A program made the translations under genes and the position numbers. The notes under the pieces were generated by a model. That model worked only from the letters and a program-made list of their open reading frames with translations. It searched no databases and was not told the origin of the DNA. Of a stretch of 64,000 nucleotides of DNA, positions 36,694 through 46,401 are shown in pieces. This DNA comes from a bacterium (GTDB lineage: Bacteria; UBA10199; 2-02-FULL-44-16; JAAZCA01): the NCBI GenBank assembly GCA_963674695.2, contig CAXXGI010000001.1, forward strand, positions 288,001-352,000, given 5' to 3'. The stretch's first letter is position 1, and each line of letters starts with the position of its first letter.

Positions 36694-39114
36694 ATGCCCC
36701 GAAACACGACCCATCATCGCATCGACTTCAGCCGAGACATCTTCGCCATCCTGTTTTTGGCGATGGGCGTCTTCGTCGCGCTCTGCCTCATCTCCTACAG
36801 CCCGACCGATCCAGCGCTCAACTCCGTCTCCAACGTCGAACACGTGCGCAACTTCGGCGGTGTGGTCGGCGCGTATCTCGCCGACATCCTCTTCATCATC
36901 TTCGGCATCAGCGCCTATGCGACGGCCGTCGTGCTCATCGTGATGAGCATCATGCAGTTTATCGGCCGCCCCATTGCCCTCCGACTGCGCCAAATCCTCT
37001 TCATCTGCGGCGTGATCGTCTTTGCTTCAGCGCTCATCCACCTGCGATTCGAGTCGGTGACGATCCGCGGTCACGCCCTCAGCGGCGGCGGTATCATCGG
37101 CGGGCTGATGGGCGACATCCTGGCGCGCTACCTCAACCGCCCCGGCGCCTATGTCATTGCGGTTTCGGGACTGGTGCTCTTCTTCACGCTCGCCACGCAG
37201 CTGACCCCGCGCGACATGCTCGTCGGCATCCATCGCGGAACCATCTGGTTCGGACGCAATCTCTTCAACGGGCTCGCGATCTTCGGACGCGCGATGGGGC
37301 AGACGACCGTGCGCGTCGCACGCGAGCTGCGGGCAAGAATTCCCACGCTGATGGCCGCCCTGCGCCGCATCCTCACCTTCAAACGCGAACGCGTGCGCCC
37401 GCCGAAGGCGGAGGCCACGGTCATGCTCGATCCGGTGCGCAGACAGACCGCTTCGCGCGAGAAGTCGGAGACGCGGGTCCACCTCGAACCGATTCGGAAG
37501 ACATCGGCCGCACCGCTCGCGACCAAGACGACTCCCGCAACAGCAGCAGCAAGCACCGAAGCCGACGGTCCCCGCATCCTCAAGCGTGCGGATACCAAGG
37601 CGCGACGCGCGTCCGATGAACAGCTGAAATTTCACATGACCGCTGAAGGGTATGAGCCGCCGCCGCTGTCGCTGCTCGATGCCGATGAACGCACGCGCAC
37701 CGAGGTGGATGAGGAGACGCTCAAGAAGAACTCGCTCCTACTCGAGCGCAAGCTCCTCGATTTCGGCGTAGAGGGTTCGGTGACGGCCATCCATCCGGGG
37801 CCGGTCATCACGATGTATGAGTTCGAACCGAAGGCCGGCACGAAGGTGAGCAAGATCTCCGGTCTGCAGGACGACCTCTCGCTCGCACTCGGCGGACGCA
37901 GCGTGCGCATCGTCGGACACCTTCCGGGCAAGGCCGCTGTGGGCGTTGAAATCCCCAACAGCGAACGCGAAACGGTCTGGCTCAAGGACATGATCGCTTC
38001 AGCCCCCTTTCACAAGACGAACTCCAAGCTTCCGATTCCGCTCGGCTCATCGGCCGCTGGACATCCGATGGTCGTCGACCTGACCAAGATGCCGCACCTG
38101 CTGGTGGCGGGCGCCACCGGGTCGGGAAAGAGCGTGGGGATCAACAGCTTCATCATCAGCATCCTCTACAAATCGGCGCCGGCCGATGTGCGCTTCTTGC
38201 TCGTCGATCCCAAGATGCTGGAGCTCTCCGTCTATGACGGCATCCCGCACCTGCTCTTGCCGGTGGTGACCAAGCCCAAGGAGGCGGTCAAGGCGATGCG
38301 CTGGGCGCTGCGCGAGATGGAAGAACGCTATCGCCGCATGGCCAACAGCGGCACGCGCAACATCATGGGCTACAACGAGAAGATCGCCAAGGGGATGTTG
38401 GAACTCGTCACCGAAGCGGAGGCGCTCGAGATCAAGGCAACCGATCGCGAGCGCGTCGTGCATACGGGCAAACTCCCCTACATCGTCATCATCATCGACG
38501 AGCTGGCCGATCTCATGATGACCGCCAGCCAGGAGATGGAAGAGTCGATCACGCGACTCGCCCAGATGGCGCGCGCCGCGGGCATCCATCTGATTTTGGC
38601 AACCCAGCGGCCGAGCGTGGATGTCATCACGGGGCTGATCAAGGCCAACTTCCCCGCGCGCATCGCCTTCAAGGTGACCGCACGCCATGACTCGCGCACG
38701 ATCCTCGACCACATCGGTGCCGAGACGCTGCTCGGTCATGGCGACATGCTCTTCATGTCGCCGCAGGGCGGAAACATGATGCGCGCACACGGTCCACTCG
38801 TGACCGATTCGGATATCTCGCGCGTGGTCGAACACCTCAAGGCGCAGGGTGCGCCCGTCTACAACGAGGAGATCCTCAAGGAGCCGGAGAATGCGCCCGG
38901 TGCCGGAGGCTCAGAAGGCGAAGAGGACGAGATGTACGATCAGGCGGTGAAACTCGTCGCGGAAACGAAGCAGGCCTCCATCTCCATGGTGCAGCGACGG
39001 ATGCGCATCGGCTACAACCGGGCCGCTCGCATGATCGAACGCATGGAGGCCGAGGGCGTAGTCGGTCCTCCCGAGGGCAGTAAGCCGAGGCAGGTGTTGA
39101 TCAATGAGATCTGA
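36694..39114 (+). CDS. ftsK: DNA translocase FtsK
   Basis: 4TM N-terminus, PHLLVAGATGSGKS, IDELADLM, ATQRPSVDVITG, gamma domain RIGYNRAAR. Confidence 0.97.
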   Translation: MPRNTTHHRIDFSRDIFAILFLAMGVFVALCLISYSPTDPALNSVSNVEHVRNFGGVVGAYLADILFIIFGISAYATAVVLIVMSIMQFIGRPIALRLRQILFICGVIVFASALIHLRFESVTIRGHALSGGGIIGGLMGDILARYLNRPGAYVIAVSGLVLFFTLATQLTPRDMLVGIHRGTIWFGRNLFNGLAIFGRAMGQTTVRVARELRARIPTLMAALRRILTFKRERVRPPKAEATVMLDPVRRQTASREKSETRVHLEPIRKTSAAPLATKTTPATAAASTEADGPRILKRADTKARRASDEQLKFHMTAEGYEPPPLSLLDADERTRTEVDEETLKKNSLLLERKLLDFGVEGSVTAIHPGPVITMYEFEPKAGTKVSKISGLQDDLSLALGGRSVRIVGHLPGKAAVGVEIPNSERETVWLKDMIASAPFHKTNSKLPIPLGSSAAGHPMVVDLTKMPHLLVAGATGSGKSVGINSFIISILYKSAPADVRFLLVDPKMLELSVYDGIPHLLLPVVTKPKEAVKAMRWALREMEERYRRMANSGTRNIMGYNEKIAKGMLELVTEAEALEIKATDRERVVHTGKLPYIVIIIDELADLMMTASQEMEESITRLAQMARAAGIHLILATQRPSVDVITGLIKANFPARIAFKVTARHDSRTILDHIGAETLLGHGDMLFMSPQGGNMMRAHGPLVTDSDISRVVEHLKAQGAPVYNEEILKEPENAPGAGGSEGEEDEMYDQAVKLVAETKQASISMVQRRMRIGYNRAARMIERMEAEGVVGPPEGSKPRQVLINEI

Positions 39115-39145
39115 GGATGACATGTTTGGTACAAACGCTCTTGTC

Positions 39146-39220
39146 TGTCATTCTGAGCGAAGCGAAGAATCCCCTGTCTCTACTGTTTGCACGGGATTCT
39201 TCGCTCTACTCAGAATGACA
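39146..39220. repeat. REP-like doublet (GTCATTCTGAGCGAAGCGAAGAATC family)
   Basis: TGTCATTCTGAG..AAGAATCCC / GGGATTCTT..CTCAGAATGACA inverted pair. Confidence 0.88.
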
Positions 39221-39874
39221 AAACTATCCCTGTCGGTGCTCATCATCTTATTCATCGGAATAAATGCTCACGCCGGAAAACCGACTGCATTGAACAAAGA
39301 GATCCAAACGGTCGAAAAGGCCTATCAAAAGACGAACGACCTCTCCGCAACGTTTGTGCAGACGACGAACGTCGCGCTGCTGGACAAGACCGTCACGAAG
39401 AAGGGGACGTTTCGCTTCAAGAAGGGCGGGCGGTTTCGCATCGAATACGAGGGACGCGACGGAAAGCACTACGTCTCCGATGGCACCACGCTCTGGGTCT
39501 TCATTCCGGGCGATGCGGCAAGCCTTCAGACGTTTGCGGTGGACGACCGCAATGTCCCGCGCGAGGTGCTCTCGTTTCTCGATGGGTTCGGCCGACTCCG
39601 CAAAGAGTTTCAGGTGAGCGCGTCCGTCGCCTTCCCCGAAGCCAAGTCGGATGAACCGGCGCTGCACCTGAAGCCCAAGAAGAGTTCGCCGCATTTCGAA
39701 TCGCTCGACGCCCTCTTTCGTGCCGACGGTCTGCTCGTCGAACTCATCATCCACAACAGCTCGGGCAACGTGAGTCGCTATCGGTTTTCGGATATCCGGA
39801 CAAACCAGTCGCTGCCCGACCGACTCTTCTCGCTGTCGAAGGGGAAGGCCACACCCGACACCATTCCAGAATAA
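39215..39874 (+). CDS. lolA: Outer-membrane lipoprotein carrier LolA
   Basis: Follows ftsK; ATFVQ, G.FRF.K.GRFRIEY, VSDG.TLW; signal peptide from ATG 39215 (ORF open from 39104). Confidence 0.85.
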   Translation: MTKLSLSVLIILFIGINAHAGKPTALNKEIQTVEKAYQKTNDLSATFVQTTNVALLDKTVTKKGTFRFKKGGRFRIEYEGRDGKHYVSDGTTLWVFIPGDAASLQTFAVDDRNVPREVLSFLDGFGRLRKEFQVSASVAFPEAKSDEPALHLKPKKSSPHFESLDALFRADGLLVELIIHNSSGNVSRYRFSDIRTNQSLPDRLFSLSKGKATPDTIPE

Positions 39875-39946
39875 TTCCTTATATATTCATCAGTTGCAAG
39901 CCTCCCTCGCGGGGGCCGTTTTCCGCTCTCGCCTCAAAAAATATGC

Positions 39947-39974
39947 GCAACTTTTTCCCTGAATGTGCGACAAG
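39947..39974 (+). promoter_or_regulatory. GCAAC-N15-GCGACAAG motif, copy 2
   Basis: GCAAC TTTTTCCCTGAATGT GCGACAAG upstream of ATG 39989. Confidence 0.6.
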
Positions 39975-39988
39975 GGGAGTGGAGGGTT

Positions 39989-40948
39989 ATGGGAAATCTC
40001 ACCTGCACCAACGATGCTCGAACAGAACGACTCGCCGCGACGCTCGAGAGGGAGCATGCGGTTTCACGCCAAGCGATGGATGCGGGCGCACCGCGCCTTC
40101 ACATCGCCGACAACGGCAGCGCCATCAGCACCGAATGGATTGACGCCGGCGATGGGTGTTCGACCTATCAGGAAGTGCTGGGCCCCACCATCGACATCGC
40201 TACACGTAAAGCCCTCTTCGCTGGAGATATCGCGCTGCTTCAAACCCTGAAGAATGAGCATGGCCTCACCCTTCCCTGGATCATTCCGAACTCGGACACC
40301 GGCGAGATCCTCAACCAGGAGACCTGGACCGCCATCGCCCTCCAGGCCGAAGCGATCGCCCTGTCGGTCATCGACTCCGGCCTTGCCGTCGGCTCGTCGG
40401 AGTACCGACTCGAGTTGGGAAAACGACTCTTCGAAACCTTCATGCCCATCGAAGAACTGCGCATCGGAGGCATCGATCCACAGATGGGCGCCTTCCGACT
40501 CTATACGGCCTGCCTTGCCGCCGGGCTCCCCGCTCATTTCGTCTTCGTGCCCAATGGCCCGCGCGGAGCAAGCCTTTCCACGCACGTCGCGCTGGCCATC
40601 GAACTCGACGCCGACAGCGAGATCATCGCCGATCCGGCCTGGGGCGTCTTCGGGCTGTCAGGGCTGGAAACGATTCCGATCACATCGTTGCAGGCGATCT
40701 CGCGCTATGAAACCCATCGCGCGCTGATGTCGAAGAAGGACTCGCTCAAACGACTGGAACGCGCAATCACATGCGATCCGTTCAACGCCTCTGCCCACGC
40801 CTATCAGATGCACGCCGCCGTCGACAGCATCACCGATCCGCTCTGGCCCTTTCGCCGCCTCCATCGCTGGCAGATACAGTCCGACCGTGCCTTCTTCGAC
40901 GATCCAGACGCCGCACCGAAGGATGTCCCCGCCCCATTTGTTCGTTAA
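39989..40948 (+). CDS. Transglutaminase-like/TPR protein lacking the catalytic Cys
   Basis: AAGLPAHFVFV..THVALAI..IADP..AITCDPFN aligns by eye with the 5752 protein. Confidence 0.55.
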   Translation: MGNLTCTNDARTERLAATLEREHAVSRQAMDAGAPRLHIADNGSAISTEWIDAGDGCSTYQEVLGPTIDIATRKALFAGDIALLQTLKNEHGLTLPWIIPNSDTGEILNQETWTAIALQAEAIALSVIDSGLAVGSSEYRLELGKRLFETFMPIEELRIGGIDPQMGAFRLYTACLAAGLPAHFVFVPNGPRGASLSTHVALAIELDADSEIIADPAWGVFGLSGLETIPITSLQAISRYETHRALMSKKDSLKRLERAITCDPFNASAHAYQMHAAVDSITDPLWPFRRLHRWQIQSDRAFFDDPDAAPKDVPAPFVR

Positions 40949-40973
40949 CGAGAACCTGTCGGAAAAAGGGTTT

Positions 40974-41052
40974 TTGTTGTCATTCCCGCGAAGGCGGGAA
41001 TCTCGAAGTACTTGAATAATCGAGATTCCCGCTTTCGCGGGAATGACAACAA
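40974..41052. repeat. REP-like doublet (GTCATTCCCGCGAAGGCGGGAATC) inside outer inverted repeats 40950-41084
   Basis: Near-perfect inverted pair; same family as 27230-27302. Confidence 0.9.
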
Positions 41053-41085
41053 TCGGTAAAATCGTCATTTCCCGACAGACTCTCA

Positions 41086-44000
41086 TTATCGTCTGAGGAT
41101 TGTCTTCAGATATGCTGCGCGTTCCTGCAGAAAGAGGATATAGCCGAGCGTGAATCGATAGGGATCCTCGCTCAATCCCTCGGCATAGCGCCGCTCGAAT
41201 GTGGCCCGATTGATGCGCTCGGCCTGTGCCGCCGTCGGCTCCATCTCGACCGCCATCATCGGATCGCCTATGCCGCCGAGCACCTGACGATCGACCACCT
41301 CATCGACTTTGTTCTCCAGAAGAAAGCGATCATACTCCTGCGAAAAGGGGAGATGCATCTGCGTCGGTTTCCACCCCTCGCCCACATCCGCCATATGCTG
41401 CTCGAATTCGCGATTGGCCCGATCGATCACCTCGCCATAGCGATCCTTTTCGCGTTGGAGAAGATGACTGCGCGTCGCACGCAAGGAAGTGAGTTTTTTG
41501 GCCGAATACTGCGGACTCATCTTCATCAGGGTACACCCGCGTGGATTCGACGGCGTGCGCAAGCCTTTCTCGACCCACCCCACATCCTGTTCCGGGCTCA
41601 AGCGGTTGAGAAACTTCAGTTCAAACTCCTGCCGTTCGATCTCCTTGGCCTGCGGGTCAATACCCTTGTATTCCGGCGCGTGCGCGTAGCGCACGATCTC
41701 GGCATAGGACTCATAGGCTGCGGTCAGATCCGCATAGGCCTGCTGCACACGTGCCACTTCAGGCACCGTCGCGTTGGAGGGAATGGCAGCTAAATCCAGA
41801 TGCCGCAGAGCTTCAATCGCCTCATCGTATTCGTGCATGGCACCCGCCAGCGCCTCCTTCCGCTCGGAAATCGTGTAGCGCGCCACCGCATACGCCTCGG
41901 CACGCGCGAGCCCCTCCATGATCAGAAATTCCGCGAACAATTGATAGGCGCCGCCGGGTTTGATCCCCTTGAGTTTGGTCACCGCCCCCATCGCGCGCGT
42001 GATATAGCGCGCACTCGTGAGCAACGCGATCGTATTGCCGAATCGTTTGAGATCGATCTTGCCGGTGCGGACGACCTCGATCGCCTCCACGGTGAGCAGC
42101 GCGCCCAGCGTCGATCCCAGGCGCAGCGCCCCTCCCCTCCAACCGGTGTAGGTCTTGCCCAACGCCGCCCGGTTGAATGCAAACCCCTTTGTCGTCTTGC
42201 GCAGGAGGTTCTTGTGTTCAAGCGCCACACGCATGCCGGTGTCGAAGGTCATCGCGCCCTTGGTCATCGCCGCCCAGGTGGTGACGATCGACGAATCGAT
42301 CCCTTCGAAGAGCACATCGGCGTCCCCCGTCGCGCCCGCGACGACGGCATTGACGAAGAGTTTGGAAGCGACCGCTGCCGTTCCGAATGCGCGTGCCCCG
42401 TGCGCGAGGCGATAGCCCGAACGATATCTCGCGCGCTCTTCAAACGAGGGGCCATCCACCCAGACGACCTTTTCACCGCTGGCCTTGGCCTGGTCGATCG
42501 CCCTCGGGAGCGTATCCTGCGTGAGCGGCAACAGGTCCGGCGTCGTGCCGGCAACTCCGCGATTGAGCTTGGCCACGCCGAACTGGACCTTCAACGTCGT
42601 CTCCGGCCGTTCGGTCGTTTCCCGTGGCTGTTCATCGAAGAGATAGAGTTCGTTGCCCTGGCCGCCCCCCTTGAGTCGATGCACGTGGAGACGCTTGATC
42701 GGCAGCTCCTCCAGAGCATTCACCTCATACCCCTTCGGCCTCACTCCAAACTCGCGATAGACGATCTCCTGAAACGCCGAATCATTATAGACCTTCTTGA
42801 TTGTCGTGCGATGGGCGAGCCTCGCCCCCGGCTTGGCCGGCTTGAAGATGACGCGCCCATCGTTGCGCACGCTATAGTGCACGCCGTTCCACTTTCCGCC
42901 CGGCATCGCCGTCTTTTCCGTATAGGCATAGGGCCTGTTCTCGTGCACGCGCTCGATCTCATCGGCCACCTCCGTGACGGTGGCGATCACCTGCGCCTTC
43001 GACATCGTCTCCTGCGCACGCACCTTGATGCGAAACTCGTCGCCCCCCTTCTGGCAGAAGACCTCGACATCGAGACCACGTGACTTGAACCCTTCGATCA
43101 ACCGGGCGTACAGTTTTCCAAAGACCGGATCATGCGGGCCATCCTGATAGACGGCCGAACTCATCGCAGCATTGGCCTTCCAGATCTCGGCCTCGATCAG
43201 ATATTCCTGGCCCGCCCCCTTGGACTGAGTCGTTCGCACATCGACCACCGACTTCTTCACCGCGACGAAGGAACCATCCTCATGCTGAAAGCGAAAGACA
43301 TGGAAGGCATCCTGGGCGCGCCCCGCGAAGCGCTCAGCCACCGGCATACGCGCCGGGTCGACCTCGGCCGGAGGGTGTTCGAGATAGCCGAGCAGCGCAC
43401 CCTTCGCGGCATGCAGTTGTAATTTCGTGTCCGAAGTCGGCGTCTCCCGATGCGCCTTCGCGGCGACATCGAATGCGGCATAGAGCTTCTCCACGGTCTC
43501 GGCGTGGCGTTTGACGAGACCATAGTAGTGCAACTCGCGATTGATATCGCCGCTCTCGAGACGCGTCTGATCGACGACATCCCTGCCATGCCAGAGGGGC
43601 TCATTGGGAAGCCGATCCGCCTCGGCGGATTTATGAATGTCAGGAACGGTCGTGCGAAACATCGAGAAGAGTTTGCGCGACGTCGACCAGGCCTTCTTCG
43701 CGGAGACCCCATTCCCGTCCGCGCGTCCATCGAGCACAAGCGCCTGGTTCGGATTGAATCGCTTGGAGGCGATGTCCTCCCCCTGATGCAAGCGCCCGAG
43801 AAATTCCATCGCCTTCTCATAGGCCGTCCCCTTTCGGCTGCCTGGTTCAGGCACATCTTTTGGATCGAGGACGAGCTCTTCATAATAGCCCGCCAGCGGC
43901 AGCGGCGCACCGCGCACGACCGCATCCCCATCGACGATGCGCTTGGCGTCGCGCTGCAGGCCCTGCATCGCTGCCTGGGCTTCAGGGAGTTCCACATCCA

Positions 44001-45105
44001 TGGCCAGAAAGGTCATGTTCTTGAGCTGGGTCACGTTGTCAGCGGCCTGTCTTCCGCTGCCATCCAAACCGCGCTGCCAGACGCGACGACCAAAAACCTG
44101 GTTGAAGCGCTCGCGAATGGAGAGGCGCACGCGATCGCCCGCACCCTGCCCCCCCTTGCCGTCGCGCTTATTCAGATCCGTCATGTTCATGCCGAGGTTA
44201 AAACCCGTGATGCGGATCTCGCGAGCGAGCGGATTGCCCCGAGCAGAACGCGACGTACACAGGTGTTCATACGCGCGACGCATCTCCTCTTTATTCGTGA
44301 TCGTCTTCTCCGTTTCGATGGCATGCTCCACCTCGATGCGCACGGCCTCCACAAACGACTCGGTGCCGTATTCGTTCGCAAAGCGCACAGAGCCCATATC
44401 CTTGGACACCCGTTCGATGGCGGCATCTTCGAACGCAAAGAGGCGCTTCTGCTGATAGATGCGGTTGACGACATACTCGAGCGCCTTGCTGCCGTTGAAT
44501 CCCCAGCTCGTCCCTTCGCCGTAGACCTCAGCGCTGGCGTTAAGAAACTGGGTGAGCGCCTGGCGCATGCGCGCATGTTTCTGCGGGGAGAGTCGCTCGA
44601 CCTCTTCCGGCGAGAGGCGCAGAAAGGCCTGGAGTTCCTCGAGCCCCTCGCGGCCGAGGCGCACGAGCGGTTCAAAATCATGATTGACCCCGACGCGACC
44701 ATCCTCGAGGTGACTTCCGCCGATCCCCTCCTGAACAAACTGAGCGGACGGATCACGCGGCGGACGCCCGACGGCATAATCGACCGCCGCGGACGGTACG
44801 CCGCCGCCGCTGCGCAGTTGGTCGAGGATATCTCCGTAGATGGATGCCGTATCTGGAATCGGCGGCGAGGTTATCCCTGGAACATCGCTCGATGCGTCGG
44901 CAAAAAGCGCGTGCTGGCCGGGCATGATGACGGGGCCCGTCGCCGGACAGGACGGCGCCGGCTCCATCATCGACGTGGACATCATCTCCGCATCGCAGAC
45001 GACGTCATCCGTCTGCGGCGCACACGAACTCATGCAGGGATCGCAGACCGGCTCCGGTCGTGACACCCCGCCCTTGGGAATGGTGTTGTCGCCCCCGCAA
45101 TACAT
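41086..45105 (-). CDS. Giant orphan protein with two GGDEF-like domains and hydrophobic C-terminal helices
   Basis: DLNKRDG..GQGAGDRV (domain 1); KGGDEF...LKVQFGVA...DQAKASG (domain 2); GGAGG RBS before ATG 45105. Confidence 0.6.
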   Translation of the reverse strand: MYCGGDNTIPKGGVSRPEPVCDPCMSSCAPQTDDVVCDAEMMSTSMMEPAPSCPATGPVIMPGQHALFADASSDVPGITSPPIPDTASIYGDILDQLRSGGGVPSAAVDYAVGRPPRDPSAQFVQEGIGGSHLEDGRVGVNHDFEPLVRLGREGLEELQAFLRLSPEEVERLSPQKHARMRQALTQFLNASAEVYGEGTSWGFNGSKALEYVVNRIYQQKRLFAFEDAAIERVSKDMGSVRFANEYGTESFVEAVRIEVEHAIETEKTITNKEEMRRAYEHLCTSRSARGNPLAREIRITGFNLGMNMTDLNKRDGKGGQGAGDRVRLSIRERFNQVFGRRVWQRGLDGSGRQAADNVTQLKNMTFLAMDVELPEAQAAMQGLQRDAKRIVDGDAVVRGAPLPLAGYYEELVLDPKDVPEPGSRKGTAYEKAMEFLGRLHQGEDIASKRFNPNQALVLDGRADGNGVSAKKAWSTSRKLFSMFRTTVPDIHKSAEADRLPNEPLWHGRDVVDQTRLESGDINRELHYYGLVKRHAETVEKLYAAFDVAAKAHRETPTSDTKLQLHAAKGALLGYLEHPPAEVDPARMPVAERFAGRAQDAFHVFRFQHEDGSFVAVKKSVVDVRTTQSKGAGQEYLIEAEIWKANAAMSSAVYQDGPHDPVFGKLYARLIEGFKSRGLDVEVFCQKGGDEFRIKVRAQETMSKAQVIATVTEVADEIERVHENRPYAYTEKTAMPGGKWNGVHYSVRNDGRVIFKPAKPGARLAHRTTIKKVYNDSAFQEIVYREFGVRPKGYEVNALEELPIKRLHVHRLKGGGQGNELYLFDEQPRETTERPETTLKVQFGVAKLNRGVAGTTPDLLPLTQDTLPRAIDQAKASGEKVVWVDGPSFEERARYRSGYRLAHGARAFGTAAVASKLFVNAVVAGATGDADVLFEGIDSSIVTTWAAMTKGAMTFDTGMRVALEHKNLLRKTTKGFAFNRAALGKTYTGWRGGALRLGSTLGALLTVEAIEVVRTGKIDLKRFGNTIALLTSARYITRAMGAVTKLKGIKPGGAYQLFAEFLIMEGLARAEAYAVARYTISERKEALAGAMHEYDEAIEALRHLDLAAIPSNATVPEVARVQQAYADLTAAYESYAEIVRYAHAPEYKGIDPQAKEIERQEFELKFLNRLSPEQDVGWVEKGLRTPSNPRGCTLMKMSPQYSAKKLTSLRATRSHLLQREKDRYGEVIDRANREFEQHMADVGEGWKPTQMHLPFSQEYDRFLLENKVDEVVDRQVLGGIGDPMMAVEMEPTAAQAERINRATFERRYAEGLSEDPYRFTLGYILFLQERAAYLKTILRR

Positions 45106-45162
45106 TTCGTGCACCTCCAAACAGTCCCCTCCCGCGTGAGAGGGGGCTCCGCTCTTTGGAAA

Positions 45163-45178
45163 TGCAAGAATGGGTCCA
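45163..45178 (-). promoter_or_regulatory. Probable sigma-54 promoter
   Basis: Minus strand TGGACCCATTCTTGCA (GG-N10-GC) with an AT-rich upstream tract. Confidence 0.6.
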
Positions 45179-45320
45179 ACAGGGCAGGCAAAGCACCAGC
45201 GTAACTGGCTAAATTATAATGTCTTTTATGTTATAGAATTGCGCATGCCGCGCCAAGAGGTGTCGCGAGCCCCCATCGAAGGGGAATGGAGCATCCAGAG
45301 TGGAAGGGGAAACGAACCGA

Positions 45321-46400
45321 TCAGAGCGCGGCGTGGGCGTCACGAATGAGCCGACGCTCCTGGGAAACGGTGGGGAAGAGTCGTTCGATGCGCACGATGG
45401 CCTCACAGACAGCAGCGCTGGCGAAGACCCCATGCCGAAGAATCGAGCGGGCCAACGATCGCGCGCAGGCCTTGCGCACACGCCAGTTGTCATCGGAGAT
45501 CGCCGCGATGAGCGCCGCCTCGGATTCCGGGCTCGCCCAGAGCGGCAGCGCCTCGGCCACAACCTCGCGCGTCATCGCATCGGGATCCTGTTCGAGCATC
45601 GCGCAAACCACGATATTGGCGCGCGCCTCGGGAGAGAGGCGAAGCCCTCGCACGGCCGCCTGACGAATGAAGGGATTGCGCTCGTTGCGAACACGCGTTG
45701 TGCGCGAAAGTATTTTGAAGGCGCGATCGGCAATCTCGGGAGGAAAGTCGATCAGGTAACGCCCGAGGGAACGAACCGCCTCAGCGCGCACCCGAACATC
45801 GCTGTCATGCGTCGCACGCATAAGCACCGGCAGGGCATCACGGTGAGCGATGAAACCGAGGGCCGCTGCGAGGCCTGCGCGAAGACGCGCCGGCACATGC
45901 CGCTCGAGTGAGAGCAGGTCGATCATGATCGATGCCGCCTCCTGCACGCCCATCAATCCGAGCGCGCGCGCCGCCTTCTCGCGCACGCGTACCGAACGAT
46001 CATCGGTGAGCGATGCGATGAGCGAGGGATGGGCGCGCTCGTCGCCGATCTTCCAGAGAGCCCAAGCCGCCTCCTGCCGCACGCACTCGTCGGTGTCACT
46101 TGCCAGCGCAACCGTGAGCGGCACGACCGCCTCCGGGACCTTGACGCCATCCACATAGGCGATATCGCCGAATGCGCGCGCAGCGGCGACCCGCTCGTTC
46201 CGACGACCCGTGCGCAGCACAAGCAGCAGCCCGGCGATGCGCTTGCGTGTGGGCTTGCGATGATTCCGGGTCACGACGGGCAACACGCTCACACGCGCGG
46301 TCGCTTCGTCGTCGACTATCGGCGCAGAAGCCGTGGTCTTCTTCGGAGAACGATCCGGTGCCTCATGGACGAGGCTTTCGAAGGAGGTGGACATGTACAT
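45321..46400 (-). CDS. HEAT-repeat (PBS lyase-like) protein
   Basis: Repeated VR..AA.ALG units. Confidence 0.85.
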   Translation of the reverse strand: MYMSTSFESLVHEAPDRSPKKTTASAPIVDDEATARVSVLPVVTRNHRKPTRKRIAGLLLVLRTGRRNERVAAARAFGDIAYVDGVKVPEAVVPLTVALASDTDECVRQEAAWALWKIGDERAHPSLIASLTDDRSVRVREKAARALGLMGVQEAASIMIDLLSLERHVPARLRAGLAAALGFIAHRDALPVLMRATHDSDVRVRAEAVRSLGRYLIDFPPEIADRAFKILSRTTRVRNERNPFIRQAAVRGLRLSPEARANIVVCAMLEQDPDAMTREVVAEALPLWASPESEAALIAAISDDNWRVRKACARSLARSILRHGVFASAAVCEAIVRIERLFPTVSQERRLIRDAHAAL

Positions 46401-46401
46401 C

